This document shows positions 9,776 to 19,560 of a stretch of 60,233 nt of DNA, one piece after another. Origin of the DNA: Bacillota bacterium. Its GTDB lineage: Bacteria > Bacillota > Desulfotomaculia > Desulfotomaculales > JBFMEU01. Made by a program: the position numbers and the translations under genes. The stretch is taken from positions 1 to 60,233 of the forward strand of contig JBFMEU010000006.1 in NCBI GenBank assembly GCA_040753155.1. Reading direction: 5' to 3'. Position 1 is the first letter of the stretch. Each line of letters begins with the position of its first letter. A model generated the notes under the pieces. That model had not been told where the DNA came from. It searched no databases and worked only from the letters and a program-made list of their open reading frames with translations.

Positions 9776-9961
9776 TTATTGTAGTTGTTCCTTATCCAGG
9801 GTTGAGTTGCGCTTAGTGCTATTCTCATGCAGATAGCAGAGATTTTTTTCCTCGTTAACAGGTACCTGGCTGATATCTTTGCCGCAGTAAGCGCAGTTCC
9901 ATTTTCCTTGGTCGGAAGCGCTATAAGAGGTCTTGGCGCAATAGGGGCAGGTTTTGGACAT
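9776..9961 (-). CDS. Small Zn-ribbon protein (61 aa, CPYC...CAYC)
   Basis: GGAGG RBS upstream; two CxxC pairs; start shortened relative to the ORF track. Confidence 0.65.
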   Translation of the reverse strand: MSKTCPYCAKTSYSASDQGKWNCAYCGKDISQVPVNEEKNLCYLHENSTKRNSTLDKEQLQ

Positions 9962-10219
9962 CAAGTTAATCATCCTCCGGCTGTAATCGATGTTTACAAT
10001 TATATAGGATCCCCGGGGCCTTAGCTTGTCAAAAAGCGAAATAAAATTTCGCAACTTCTCAGCTGTCACTACATAATTATACAATATTCTGCATCGTTTT
10101 TGTAAGATTAAATTAACCCCGGCGGTAAGCATCCGTCCCCATGGCCAGAATTTTAACCAACTTCATTACCCTTTGCCGGCCGGAAAATGAGCTTTATAAA
10201 AATTTGCGCCTGCCGTGAT

Positions 10220-10270
10220 AAAGGGACAGGCCGCTTTTTCGCGCAGCGAAAATAGTTGCCTGTCCCCTTT
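10220..10270. repeat. Family E GGGACAG palindrome, possibly also terminator of the upstream minus-strand gene
   Basis: aaagggacaggccgctttttcgc...gcgaaaatagttgcctgtcccctttc. Confidence 0.65.
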
Positions 10271-10278
10271 CGATCTAA

Positions 10279-11991
10279 TTATTCTATTTCGTAAGGCCAG
10301 AACTCCAGGCCGCCCTCCAGGAATTTGACGTCCTTAAAGCCTGCTCCCTTCAGGATGCGCAGGGCCTCGTAGCTTCTTACCCCGAATACGCAAACGGTAA
10401 TAATTTCTTTGTCCCGGGGGATTTCTTCAATTCTCTCCCGGATATCGCCCAGGGTCACCAGCATCACCCGGGGGTCCTCGATGTGGCGGAACTGAAACTG
10501 CTGCGGGGTACGCACGTCCAGCAGGACAAAGTCATCACCGGTATTAAGCCTGGCCTGCAGCTCCGCGGGGCTGATGCCCACGGCCAGACCCTCCTGCTTG
10601 TTACGGATTATGTTGGCCGCATGGGCCGCCGCGTCGATAGGTGTTGAGAAGGGGGGCGCATAGCCCAGGTCCAGGTCGTGGATCTGGTCCGCTGTGGCGC
10701 CGTAGGTTATGGCTGTGGCCAGCACGTCAACCCGCTTCGCTACATCCCCGGGGCCTATGCCCTGGGCGCCCAGTACCCGCATCGTGGCGCTGTCCGCCAC
10801 CAGCTTGAGAATCACCTTTTTGCTGCCGGGGTGGTAGTGGGTCATGTCGTGCGTGGCGTTGACGGAGGTTATAACCTCGTACCCGAGGTCCCGGGCCGCC
10901 TGCTCACCCAGGCCGGTACGGGCAATATTAATGCCCTTGACGTGCAGCACGGCCGTACCCAGGATGCCCCTGAATTTGGTCTTAAGCCCGGTGACGTTGT
11001 CCCCCACCACCCGGCCCTGCCGGTTGGCTGTGGAGGCCAGAGGAACGTATACCTTGCGCCCGGTTACCAGATGCAGGTTCTCAACGCAGTCCCCCAGGGC
11101 GTAAATATCCGGATCGTTGGTCTGGCAGTATTCGTTGATGGCAATGGCCCCGGTGGCGCCGATTTCCAGGCCGGCCTCCCGGGCCAGTGCGGCGTTGGGC
11201 CGTACGCCCACGGCAACCACAACCAAATCTGTGGTGAGCTCCCGCTTATCCGTAACCACTTTGGTAACCTTGCCGCTCCCGTTACCCTCCAGGCGCAGTA
11301 CCTTTTCGCCCAGGCAGAATTCGGCACCCTGTTCCTCCAGCCGGGCTGCCACCACGGCAGCCATGTCCCGGTCCAGAATACCCGGCAGCACCTGGTCCTT
11401 AAACTCAACCACGGCGGTAAAGACCCGCTTTTCCAGCAGGGCGTCCAGGCTTTCCAGGCCGATGAGGCCGGCGCCAATCACCACAGCCTCCCCGATCTCG
11501 CCTGTTTCCAGCAATTCCTTGATGGCCAGGGCATCGTCGGGATGGTTCAGGCGGTGCACGCCCTTTAAATCCAGCCCCTCGATGGGGGGCACGAGGGGGT
11601 CGGATCCGGTGGCCAGCACCAGCTTGTCGTAGGGTATGGCATAGCGGCGCCCGGTGTCCAACTCCTCGACGGTAACCTCTTTTTTCTCCCGGTTAATGAC
11701 CACCGCCTCGGTGCCGGTCAGGACCTTAATGCCTTTTTCCCGGCGGAAAAACTCCTCGTTTCTGAGCACCCCGTAGGAGGTGGCAAACAGGTGGTCAAAA
11801 TCCCGCACCTGGCCGGACAGGTAGAAGGGCATGCCGCACCCGGCATAAGAAATACGCCGGCCGCGTTCAATTATGGTAATGTCAGCATTGGGGGACCGGC
11901 GACGGGCCCGGGCGGCTGTTTTGGGACCGGCGGCAACACCACCGACAATTACGATTCTTTCAACTGTGCTCAATTGATTCACACCTTTCAT
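10279..11991 (-). CDS. FAD-dependent CoA-disulfide/persulfide reductase with C-terminal rhodanese domain
   Basis: GGVAAG, SYAGCGMP redox Cys, GAGLIGLE, YAPPFS, LDVR and CVFGVRS rhodanese motifs. Confidence 0.9.
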   Translation of the reverse strand: MKGVNQLSTVERIVIVGGVAAGPKTAARARRRSPNADITIIERGRRISYAGCGMPFYLSGQVRDFDHLFATSYGVLRNEEFFRREKGIKVLTGTEAVVINREKKEVTVEELDTGRRYAIPYDKLVLATGSDPLVPPIEGLDLKGVHRLNHPDDALAIKELLETGEIGEAVVIGAGLIGLESLDALLEKRVFTAVVEFKDQVLPGILDRDMAAVVAARLEEQGAEFCLGEKVLRLEGNGSGKVTKVVTDKRELTTDLVVVAVGVRPNAALAREAGLEIGATGAIAINEYCQTNDPDIYALGDCVENLHLVTGRKVYVPLASTANRQGRVVGDNVTGLKTKFRGILGTAVLHVKGINIARTGLGEQAARDLGYEVITSVNATHDMTHYHPGSKKVILKLVADSATMRVLGAQGIGPGDVAKRVDVLATAITYGATADQIHDLDLGYAPPFSTPIDAAAHAANIIRNKQEGLAVGISPAELQARLNTGDDFVLLDVRTPQQFQFRHIEDPRVMLVTLGDIRERIEEIPRDKEIITVCVFGVRSYEALRILKGAGFKDVKFLEGGLEFWPYEIE

Positions 11992-12379
11992 TTAACAGTG
12001 TTTAGATTTTTATAAAGTATTTACATTCTGCAACCGCTCACAAATATCCTACAGTTAATAATTATTTTACCCGTAAACCGGAGATAATTTTTACATGTTT
12101 TCAAATTGTTCAATTGGTGGTAAAATTAACTGTAAGTATTGGTACAAACATTAAACAATTTTGAAGATTAAGAATAGTGAGCTATGGCGCAACAATGGGG
12201 TCACGCAACAATGGTGTCAGGGGATTGGTTTCCCGGAATGAGCATCTGGAAGGGGGAGTTGTTTTAGCTTTACTTTGCAAGGGGTTTTTGCGCCCCTGAT
12301 TACGAAAAAAATAATCGTTGCAGAAAAAAATATTGGAATATATGTAATAATAAGTTCTTATGGGTTGGTGCCCCAAGTC

Positions 12380-12564
12380 ATAAAGAAGACTTTGGTTTCA
12401 GGTGGGGTTTTAACCCCATCTGAACCTTAGTCGCACTTATTTCGAGTTTACAGCCTGTTAATCCCATTAGTTGGGGACATTCCTGTCCTCAGAGAAATAC
12501 CCAAGCTTCAGCAGGTGTGTCCCCTTTCCTTATGCGGGGGCGGGGTCTTACAGGCTGTGCGAAG
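12380..12564 (-). mobile_element. Family B IS200/IS605-like non-autonomous element (longer variant)
   Basis: Reverse complement matches the 33012-33128 element (cttcg..agcctgtaagaccccgccc..gcataaggaaaggggacacacc..aagtcttctttat). Confidence 0.7.
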
Positions 12565-12619
12565 ATAGAAATAGCAAATAGCTGGTAACAGGATTTAAGA
12601 AAGGCCAGGTGATAACCAA

Positions 12620-13093
12620 GTGTTAAATCAATCAGTGAGCCTGGAAGTCGAAGGTAGCGGTGTGGACAAGGCAGAGAGCTTTGAGCCTCAGATTGTAGGT
12701 CTGGTGTGCAACTGGTGCAGTTATGCCGGGGCCGACCTGGCAGGTACCTCCCGAACCCAGTATCCGCACAATATACGGCTGATTCGGGTAATGTGCTCGG
12801 GCGCCATTGATCCGCTGTACATTCTCAGGCTGTTGCTGGATGGCGCGGACGGGGTTTTGGTAGGCGGGTGACACACCGGTGACTGCCACTATGGTAGTGG
12901 TAATTACAAGGCCCGGCGCCGCATGGCAATCCTGAAGTCATCCCTGGAAACCTTCGGCATCAGCCCGGAAAGGGTCTGGTTCAGGTTTATCAGCGCCTCG
13001 GAGGGGAAGTTGTTTGCCGAAACAGTAACGGAAATGGTGGCCAGGCTTAAAGAGCTGGGGCCCAATCCCGCCAAGAAGCTCTGTGAGGTCTAA
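12620..13093 (+). CDS. mvhD: Selenocysteine-containing MvhD/FlpD ([2Fe-2S] hydrogenase delta subunit), 157 aa
   Basis: [15 protein letters not shown]; in-frame TGA at 12869-12871 in GG-U-HTGDCHY; frame continues (ISASEG) to TAA 13093; hairpin gtgactgccacta-tgg-tagtggtaattac follows the TGA. Confidence 0.92.
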
Positions 13094-13110
13094 ACAAGGA
13101 GGTTATAGGC

Positions 13111-14229
13111 ATGAAAACATTCACCCTGTCAACCGGAGCAGGCAATCTGAACAACGCCCTGGCCTCCTTTTTTAGCGGCCTGCTGGAAAGCGGCGTAGTG
13201 GATGCGCTGCTGGCGCCCCGGGAGGTTAAATCAAAGAGTAATGTGGTCATGACCCTGATAACAGATCCGGCGGGGCTGAAAAGCATCAGCCCACTGGCCC
13301 CGGTGGCGATGCAAAACGCCGCCCGGATGGTGGCGAGCCTGACGGTAACCGACCCGGGCCAAAAAATAGGGGTGGTGCTGCGCTCCTGTGAAACCAGGGC
13401 CCTGGTGGAACTGGTCAAGTTGCAGCAGGCCAACCTGGATAACCTGGTGATCATCGGCATGGACTGCCTGGGCACCTTTGAGCCCCTGGACTACCGCCGG
13501 CTGATAACCGGGGGCGGGTGGGACCTGGAGCAGTGGCTCACTGCCGCCGCCGGCGGGGAAACGGCTGCCGGGGAGTATAACATCCGCAGCGCCTGCGCCA
13601 TGTGCGGGCACATAACGGCGGAGCACGCCCATATCAGCATAGGCTGGGCCGGCCTGAACCCGGCCGCAGAACTGCTGATCGAGGCCGACGGGGAGCTGGC
13701 CGCCCGGCTGGCCGGCCTGGGTTTAAAAGAGGCGGCGGCCAATCCCGGCCGGGAACAGGCTATGGAGCGCATCCGGGCCGCCAGGCAGGCCCATAAAGAG
13801 CAAAGGATCCAGGAATTCGCCGGGCTGACCGGAGATCTGTCCGCCATGGTGGATGAGCTGGCCGGCTGCCTGCGCTGCTACAACTGCCGGCAGGCCTGCC
13901 CCATCTGTTTCTGCCAGGAGTGCGTATTCATCTCGCCAGTGTTCCGGCACACCCCGGAGGACTACCTGGGCTGGGCCAGGATGAAGGGCGCCCTGGAAAT
14001 GCCCACGGACACCCTTTTATTCCACCTGACCAGAATCAACCACATGGGCGTGAGCTGCGTGGGCTGCGGCCATTGTGAGAGCGCCTGCCCGAGCAAGCTG
14101 CCGCTGTCGGTGCTGTTCCAGGTGGCGGGTCAGCGGGTGCAGGACATTTTTGGCTACGTGCCGGGCCGCAGCGCAGAGGAGGAACTCCCCCAGACCACCT
14201 ACCGGGAAAACGAGCTGGAGCCGCGCTAG
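13111..14229 (+). CDS. FrhB/FdhB-family subunit with C-terminal 2x[4Fe-4S]
   Basis: VVLRSCETRALVELVK, IGMDC, CLRCYNCRQACPICFC, CVGCGHCESACP. Confidence 0.85.
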   Translation: MKTFTLSTGAGNLNNALASFFSGLLESGVVDALLAPREVKSKSNVVMTLITDPAGLKSISPLAPVAMQNAARMVASLTVTDPGQKIGVVLRSCETRALVELVKLQQANLDNLVIIGMDCLGTFEPLDYRRLITGGGWDLEQWLTAAAGGETAAGEYNIRSACAMCGHITAEHAHISIGWAGLNPAAELLIEADGELAARLAGLGLKEAAANPGREQAMERIRAARQAHKEQRIQEFAGLTGDLSAMVDELAGCLRCYNCRQACPICFCQECVFISPVFRHTPEDYLGWARMKGALEMPTDTLLFHLTRINHMGVSCVGCGHCESACPSKLPLSVLFQVAGQRVQDIFGYVPGRSAEEELPQTTYRENELEPR

Positions 14230-14230
14230 G

Positions 14231-14265
14231 TTGGGCGTCGGGCGTCGGATGTTGGGCGTCGGAAA
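14231..14265 (+). repeat. Second heptamer tandem repeat type (T[TC]GG[GA][CTA][GA]) x5
   Basis: ttgggcg tcgggcg tcggatg ttgggcg tcggaaa. Confidence 0.65.
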
Positions 14266-14501
14266 TTAAGTAAGAGTAATAATTACAGGTTGGTTGTTCG
14301 AAAAAACGCACAAAGATCATCAATGGATTAATGCCTGTTATTAATACATATCGAATTATACGCGGCTAATAAATAGATACAACTTTCTTACGTAAGGAAA
14401 GGGTAACAGTGCATTTGGTTATAGTTTCCTGAAAATGGAACTGTACACCGCATCCAACGGTGAAGGCAATTGCACAGAACTAGCTGACAGGGGGTTGGGC
14501 A

Positions 14502-15062
14502 ATGCGAGTAATAGCCGGCGAGGAATCACTGCGTACAGACCCCGGTTTTCTGGGGCAGGTAAAGGAAAAGAGCGGCCAGCCCATTGAGCTTTGCTATCAG
14601 TGCCAGAAATGCGCGTCCGGGTGTCCCATGGTAGAGTACTTTGAATACACCCCCAACCAGATTATCCGCATGGTCCATTTTGGCCTTAAAGACCGGGTAT
14701 TAAAAAGCCCGGGCATCTGGCTTTGCTCCGGGTGTGAAACATGCGGTGTGCGCTGTCCAAACGGCATCAGGATTTCCGAGGTTATGGACGTGCTAAGGTC
14801 CCTGGCTGCTGCCGGCAAGGTCGCCGGCGATAAGCGCGCCGAGGTTTTTCACCGCATGTTTTTAGATAATGTGAAAAGCCACGGCCGGGTGCATGAGGGC
14901 ATGCTCATGGCCAAATACAAACTGAAGACCGGCCAGTTGTTCACCGATCTGGACCTGGGCTTTAAGTTATTCAAAAAAGGCAAGCTGCCCCTGCTGCCGC
15001 ACAGCATTAAGGGTAAAAAACACATCCGTGACATTTTTGAGAAGGTTCAAAAAAGGAGCTAG
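14502..15062 (+). CDS. hdrC: Heterodisulfide reductase subunit C
   Basis: CYQCQKCASGCP and IWLCSGCETCGVRCP; GRVHE motif. Confidence 0.92.
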   Translation: MRVIAGEESLRTDPGFLGQVKEKSGQPIELCYQCQKCASGCPMVEYFEYTPNQIIRMVHFGLKDRVLKSPGIWLCSGCETCGVRCPNGIRISEVMDVLRSLAAAGKVAGDKRAEVFHRMFLDNVKSHGRVHEGMLMAKYKLKTGQLFTDLDLGFKLFKKGKLPLLPHSIKGKKHIRDIFEKVQKRS

Positions 15063-15118
15063 CAAGCTTTTCGCGGTACTATAGTTTTAGACAATAAGGC
15101 TTCTAGGGGGGTTCGCCA

Positions 15119-18100
15119 ATGAGCGAAACTACAACCGGTAATGTAAAAGGCTCCGTCCTGGTGGTGGGTGGCGGCATTAGTGGTATGCAGTCCGCCCTCG
15201 ACCTTGCGGAAGCAGGACTTAAAGTATATCTGGCGGAGGAGAAAACGGCCATCGGGGGAACTATGTCCCGGCTGGATAAAACCTTCCCCACCAATGACTG
15301 TGCCATGTGTATTGTCTCTCCCAAGCTGGTGGATGTGGGCAAGCATTTGAATATTGAGATCCTTACCGGCGCCAAGCTGCAAGGGGTTGAGGGGGAGCAG
15401 GGCAACTTTAAGGTCAAGCTGCGCAAGAAGGCCCGTTATGTTGACATGGCCAAGTGCACCGGCTGCGGTGAATGCGCCACGGCCTGCCCGGTGGAGCTGC
15501 CCAGTGAGTTTGACGGCGGCCTGGGGCAAAGAAAGGCCGCTTACAAGCTGTACGCCCAGGCCATGCCCTCGGCCTATGCCATTGAAAAGAACGACCTGCC
15601 GCCCTGCCGCGCGGCCTGCCCGGCGGGAATCAACGTCCAGGGCTATGTGCAGCTGGTCAAGCAGGGCAAAATGGTGGATTCCTGGCGAATAATTTATAAT
15701 GACAACCCGTTACCCGGTGTCTGTGGCAGGGTGTGCACGCATCCCTGTGAGACCAACTGCCACCGGGGCGAAGTTGACAGCCCGGTAAGCATCAGGGAGC
15801 TAAAAAGGCTGGCGGCGGATGCTGCCTATAACAATATAGAAGAACTGCCCCTGCCGGAAATACCGGAACCCCTGGGTAAAAGGGTGGCTGTAATTGGCGC
15901 CGGCCCGGCGGGTCTTTCGGCGGCCTATCAGTTGGCCAAAAAGGGTTACGGGGTAACAATTTTTGAGGCCCTCCCGGTTGCCGGGGGCATGCTCAGCGTG
16001 GGTATTCCAGCCTACCGCCTGCCCAAGGAACTGGTGGAGCTGGAAATTGGTTTGCTGCAGAAAATGGGTATTGAAATTAAAACCGGCGCCCGACTGGGCA
16101 GGGACTTCACCATAGATGACTTGCCTAAACAAGGATACGTCGCCATCCTGCTGGCTATCGGCGCCCACAAGGGTATCTTCCTGCATCTTCCCGGCGAGGA
16201 TTTGGACGGGGTTATGCCGGGAGTTGATTTCCTAAGGAAAGTAAATCTGGGTGAAGAGGTTAAGGTGGGCCGGCGGGTGGCGGTCATCGGCGGCGGCAAC
16301 ACGGCTATGGATGCGGCCAGGACGGCCCTGCGCCTGGGTGCCGCCGAGGTTACCATTGTCTACCGCCGTTCGGAATCAGAAATAACAGCGGCCAAAGATG
16401 AGATTCACGAGGCCCTGGAAGAGGGCGTCAAGTTTCAGATGTTAACCGGCCCCAAAGCCATCCTGGGGGAGGGTGGCCGCGTTACCGGCCTGGAATGTTT
16501 GCTGAATGAGCTGGGCGAGCCGGACGCCGGGGGCCGCCGCCGGCCGGTACCCATTGCGGGCAGTGAATTTGTAATTGACGTTGATACCGTAATTACCGCC
16601 GTCGGCCAGTCCCCGGACCCAGCAGGCCTTGATGGCTCTGGCCTGGAGCTGGGCAGGGGTAATACCGTCAAGGCCGACCCGGCCAGCCTGGTCACCGGGA
16701 GGCCGGGGGTTTTCGCCGCCGGTGATGTGGTCACCGGCCCGGCCACCGTTATTGATGCCATCGGGGCGGGGAAAAAGGCGGCGGCTAATATTCACCTGTT
16801 CCTGCAGGGAGAAGAGTTGACCTCTGCTGACAGCGGCCGGGAACAAAAGGTTGCTCCCTTCCCCCCGCACGTGGCCGGAAACCTGGCTGCCGCAAGGGCA
16901 CGGCCCGTCTACGCCGACCCGGCGGTGCGGGTAACGAACTTTGCCGAGTCCGCCCTGGGCCTCAGCGGAGCCGACGGCCTGAAGGAGGCCGGGCGCTGCC
17001 TTAACTGCAGCGTTTGTTCCGAGTGCCGGGAGTGTGTAAAGGTATGCCTGCCCCAAGCCATTGACCACGATATGCGGGATGAAGATCTTGAGCTTGAGGT
17101 GGGGGCCGTCCTCCTGAGCCCCGGTGCTGATATCTATAACCCGGCGGAATTGGATTACCTGGGCTATAAAAAGTACCCCAATGTGGTTACCAGCATTGAG
17201 TTCGAGCGGATCTTAAGCGCTTCGGGCCCCTTCCAGGGCCACCTGATCCGCCCCTCCGACGGCCGGGAGCCTGGAAAGATTGCCTGGATCCAGTGCGTTG
17301 GCTCCAGGAATTTGAAGCTTAACCATGATTATTGCTCCTCGGTGTGCTGTATGTATGCCATCAAGGAGGCGGTGATTGCCAAAGAGCACAGCCATGAGCC
17401 CCTGGACACAACCATCTTTTTAATGGATATGCGCTCCTACGGCAAGGATTTTGAAAAATATTACAACCGGGCCCGGGATGAGCACGGGGTCAGGTTTATT
17501 AAAAGCCGTATTTTTGAAGTGCAGGAGGCGCCGGACCAAGGCGGCAGCCTCACCATCAGGTATGCCCTGGATGATGGGACCATCTGCCAGGAAGAATTTG
17601 ACCTGGTGGTACTCTCGGTGGGCTTCAAGCCTTCCTGCGGTTCCCGGGAACTGGCCGCCGTGACCGGCATTGAATTGGATGAATTTGGCTTCTGCAAATC
17701 CGGTGAATTCTCCCGGGGCGTGACCAGCCGGCCCGGTATCTACGCCAGCGGTGTATTTGCCGCCCCCAAGGATATTCCGGAAACCGTGGTCGAGGCCAGC
17801 GCGGTGGCCGGCTACGCCTCCCGCCTGCTCTCCGGTGCCAGGGGTGCCCTGACCCGGGTCAAGCACTACCCGCCGGAAAAACCGGTAACCAAGGCCGCCC
17901 CGCGGATTGGCGCCTTTATTTGCAACTGCGGCATCAACATCGGCAGTGTTATTGACGTGCCGGATGTGGTTAACTACACCAAAACCCTGAAGAATGTGGT
18001 TTATGCCCGGGAATTCTTGTTCTCCTGCTCCCAGGACAGCATTGACCACATCAAGCAGGCCATTGAGGAAAACAATCTGAACCGGGTGGTGGTGGCATCC

Positions 18101-19558
18101 TGCACGCCCCGCACCCACGCGCAGCTTTTCCAGAGCGCGCTGCGGGAGGCCGGACTGAATCCTTACCTGTACGAACATGTTAACATCCGGGAGCACTCTT
18201 CCTGGGTGCACCGGGATACCCCCAAAGAGGCGACTGAGAAGGCCAAGGACCTGGTCCGGATGGCCGTGGCCAAGGCGATGCTGCTCAAGCCGGTAACCCC
18301 CACCCACACCGATGTAAACCATGCCTCCCTGGTGGTGGGTGGCGGCGCTGCGGGCATGTCGGCCGCACTGTCCCTGGCCGAGCAGGGCTTTGACGTTTAC
18401 CTGGTGGAAAAGAGCCCGGAACTGGGGGGGCGGTTAAGGCAGATTCATTTCTCCCTGGAAGGGGCCGATCCGCAGCAGGAATTGCGGCAATTAATTGACA
18501 GGGTAAGCAATAATTCCAAAATAACAGTTATTACCGGGGCCGGGATCGAGTCCTTTGCCGGCTACCCGGGGAACTACCGGACCAAAATCAAATTGGGGGA
18601 TAAAACCCGTGAATTGGAGCACGGGGCCACGATACTGGCCACCGGCGCCCAGGAGGCCGGGACCGGGGAGTATCTCTACGGCCAGCACCCCCGGGTGGTT
18701 ACCCAGACCGAGCTGGAAGAAAAGCTGGCCACAGGCGGCGCCGGCGATGTGCAGACCCTGGTGATGATCCAGTGTGTCGGCTCCAGGGATGCCGGCAGGC
18801 CCTACTGCAGCCGGGTTTGTTGCTCCCAGGCCCTGAAAAACGCCCTGAAATTCAAGGAATTAAACCCGGACGCCGGTGTGTTCATCCTTTACCGGGATAT
18901 TCGCTCTTACGGGTTGAAGGAAAAGTATTACACCCGGGCCAGGCGTAAGGGGATTGTTTTCATTCGCTACAGCGAGGCGGCAAAACCCCTGGTAACAACT
19001 GAAGGGGACGCCCTGCGGGTGGTGGTGAAGGACCACATTCTGGGGGAAAACATTGCCCTGCGCCCCGATCTGCTGGCGCTCAGCACCGGTGTTGTCCCCA
19101 ACCTGGAGAATACCAGGCTCAGCCAGATCTTCAAGGTGCCCCTGGATGCCGACGGCTTCCTGCTGGAAGCGCACATGAAGCTGCGCCCGGTGGACTTTGC
19201 CGCCGACGGCCTGTACATGTGCGGCCTGGCCCACGCCCCCAAGCTGGCCGGGGAGTCCATGCAGCAGGCCAATGCTGCGGCCATGCGGGCGGCCACCCTG
19301 CTGGCCAAGGATAAGCTGGAGAATGTGCCCATCACCGCTACGGTGAACAAAAAGCGCTGCGTGGGGTGCATGCTGTGCAAGGCGGCTTGCAGCTACCAGG
19401 CCCGGGAGTTTGACCCGGTATCCAGGACGGCCATAGTGCGGGAAGCGCTGTGCCGGGGCTGCGGCGCCTGTGTGGTGGCCTGCCCCAACGGGGCCACCCA
19501 GCAGAAGGGTTACGAGAAGTCGCAGATGATGGCGGCCCTTAAGGCGGCCTTGAAATAG
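15119..19558 (+). CDS. hdrA: Large HdrA-like protein with inserted GltD/NfnB-like NAD(P)H oxidoreductase module (HdrL type)
   Basis: LDKTFPTNDC; insert with PPCRAACP, CGRVCTHPCE, GAGPAG, GGGNTAMD; two HdrA repeats (QCVGSR, SCTPRTH, EAHMKLRPVD); C-terminal ferredoxin. Confidence 0.9.
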   Translation: MSETTTGNVKGSVLVVGGGISGMQSALDLAEAGLKVYLAEEKTAIGGTMSRLDKTFPTNDCAMCIVSPKLVDVGKHLNIEILTGAKLQGVEGEQGNFKVKLRKKARYVDMAKCTGCGECATACPVELPSEFDGGLGQRKAAYKLYAQAMPSAYAIEKNDLPPCRAACPAGINVQGYVQLVKQGKMVDSWRIIYNDNPLPGVCGRVCTHPCETNCHRGEVDSPVSIRELKRLAADAAYNNIEELPLPEIPEPLGKRVAVIGAGPAGLSAAYQLAKKGYGVTIFEALPVAGGMLSVGIPAYRLPKELVELEIGLLQKMGIEIKTGARLGRDFTIDDLPKQGYVAILLAIGAHKGIFLHLPGEDLDGVMPGVDFLRKVNLGEEVKVGRRVAVIGGGNTAMDAARTALRLGAAEVTIVYRRSESEITAAKDEIHEALEEGVKFQMLTGPKAILGEGGRVTGLECLLNELGEPDAGGRRRPVPIAGSEFVIDVDTVITAVGQSPDPAGLDGSGLELGRGNTVKADPASLVTGRPGVFAAGDVVTGPATVIDAIGAGKKAAANIHLFLQGEELTSADSGREQKVAPFPPHVAGNLAAARARPVYADPAVRVTNFAESALGLSGADGLKEAGRCLNCSVCSECRECVKVCLPQAIDHDMRDEDLELEVGAVLLSPGADIYNPAELDYLGYKKYPNVVTSIEFERILSASGPFQGHLIRPSDGREPGKIAWIQCVGSRNLKLNHDYCSSVCCMYAIKEAVIAKEHSHEPLDTTIFLMDMRSYGKDFEKYYNRARDEHGVRFIKSRIFEVQEAPDQGGSLTIRYALDDGTICQEEFDLVVLSVGFKPSCGSRELAAVTGIELDEFGFCKSGEFSRGVTSRPGIYASGVFAAPKDIPETVVEASAVAGYASRLLSGARGALTRVKHYPPEKPVTKAAPRIGAFICNCGINIGSVIDVPDVVNYTKTLKNVVYAREFLFSCSQDSIDHIKQAIEENNLNRVVVASCTPRTHAQLFQSALREAGLNPYLYEHVNIREHSSWVHRDTPKEATEKAKDLVRMAVAKAMLLKPVTPTHTDVNHASLVVGGGAAGMSAALSLAEQGFDVYLVEKSPELGGRLRQIHFSLEGADPQQELRQLIDRVSNNSKITVITGAGIESFAGYPGNYRTKIKLGDKTRELEHGATILATGAQEAGTGEYLYGQHPRVVTQTELEEKLATGGAGDVQTLVMIQCVGSRDAGRPYCSRVCCSQALKNALKFKELNPDAGVFILYRDIRSYGLKEKYYTRARRKGIVFIRYSEAAKPLVTTEGDALRVVVKDHILGENIALRPDLLALSTGVVPNLENTRLSQIFKVPLDADGFLLEAHMKLRPVDFAADGLYMCGLAHAPKLAGESMQQANAAAMRAATLLAKDKLENVPITATVNKKRCVGCMLCKAACSYQAREFDPVSRTAIVREALCRGCGACVVACPNGATQQKGYEKSQMMAALKAALK

Positions 19559-19560
19559 GG

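Noticed and set aside
12188-12222. Short direct repeat cgcaacaatgg x2
   Set aside because: Only two units; could be an operator or a REP remnant, but nothing supports either.
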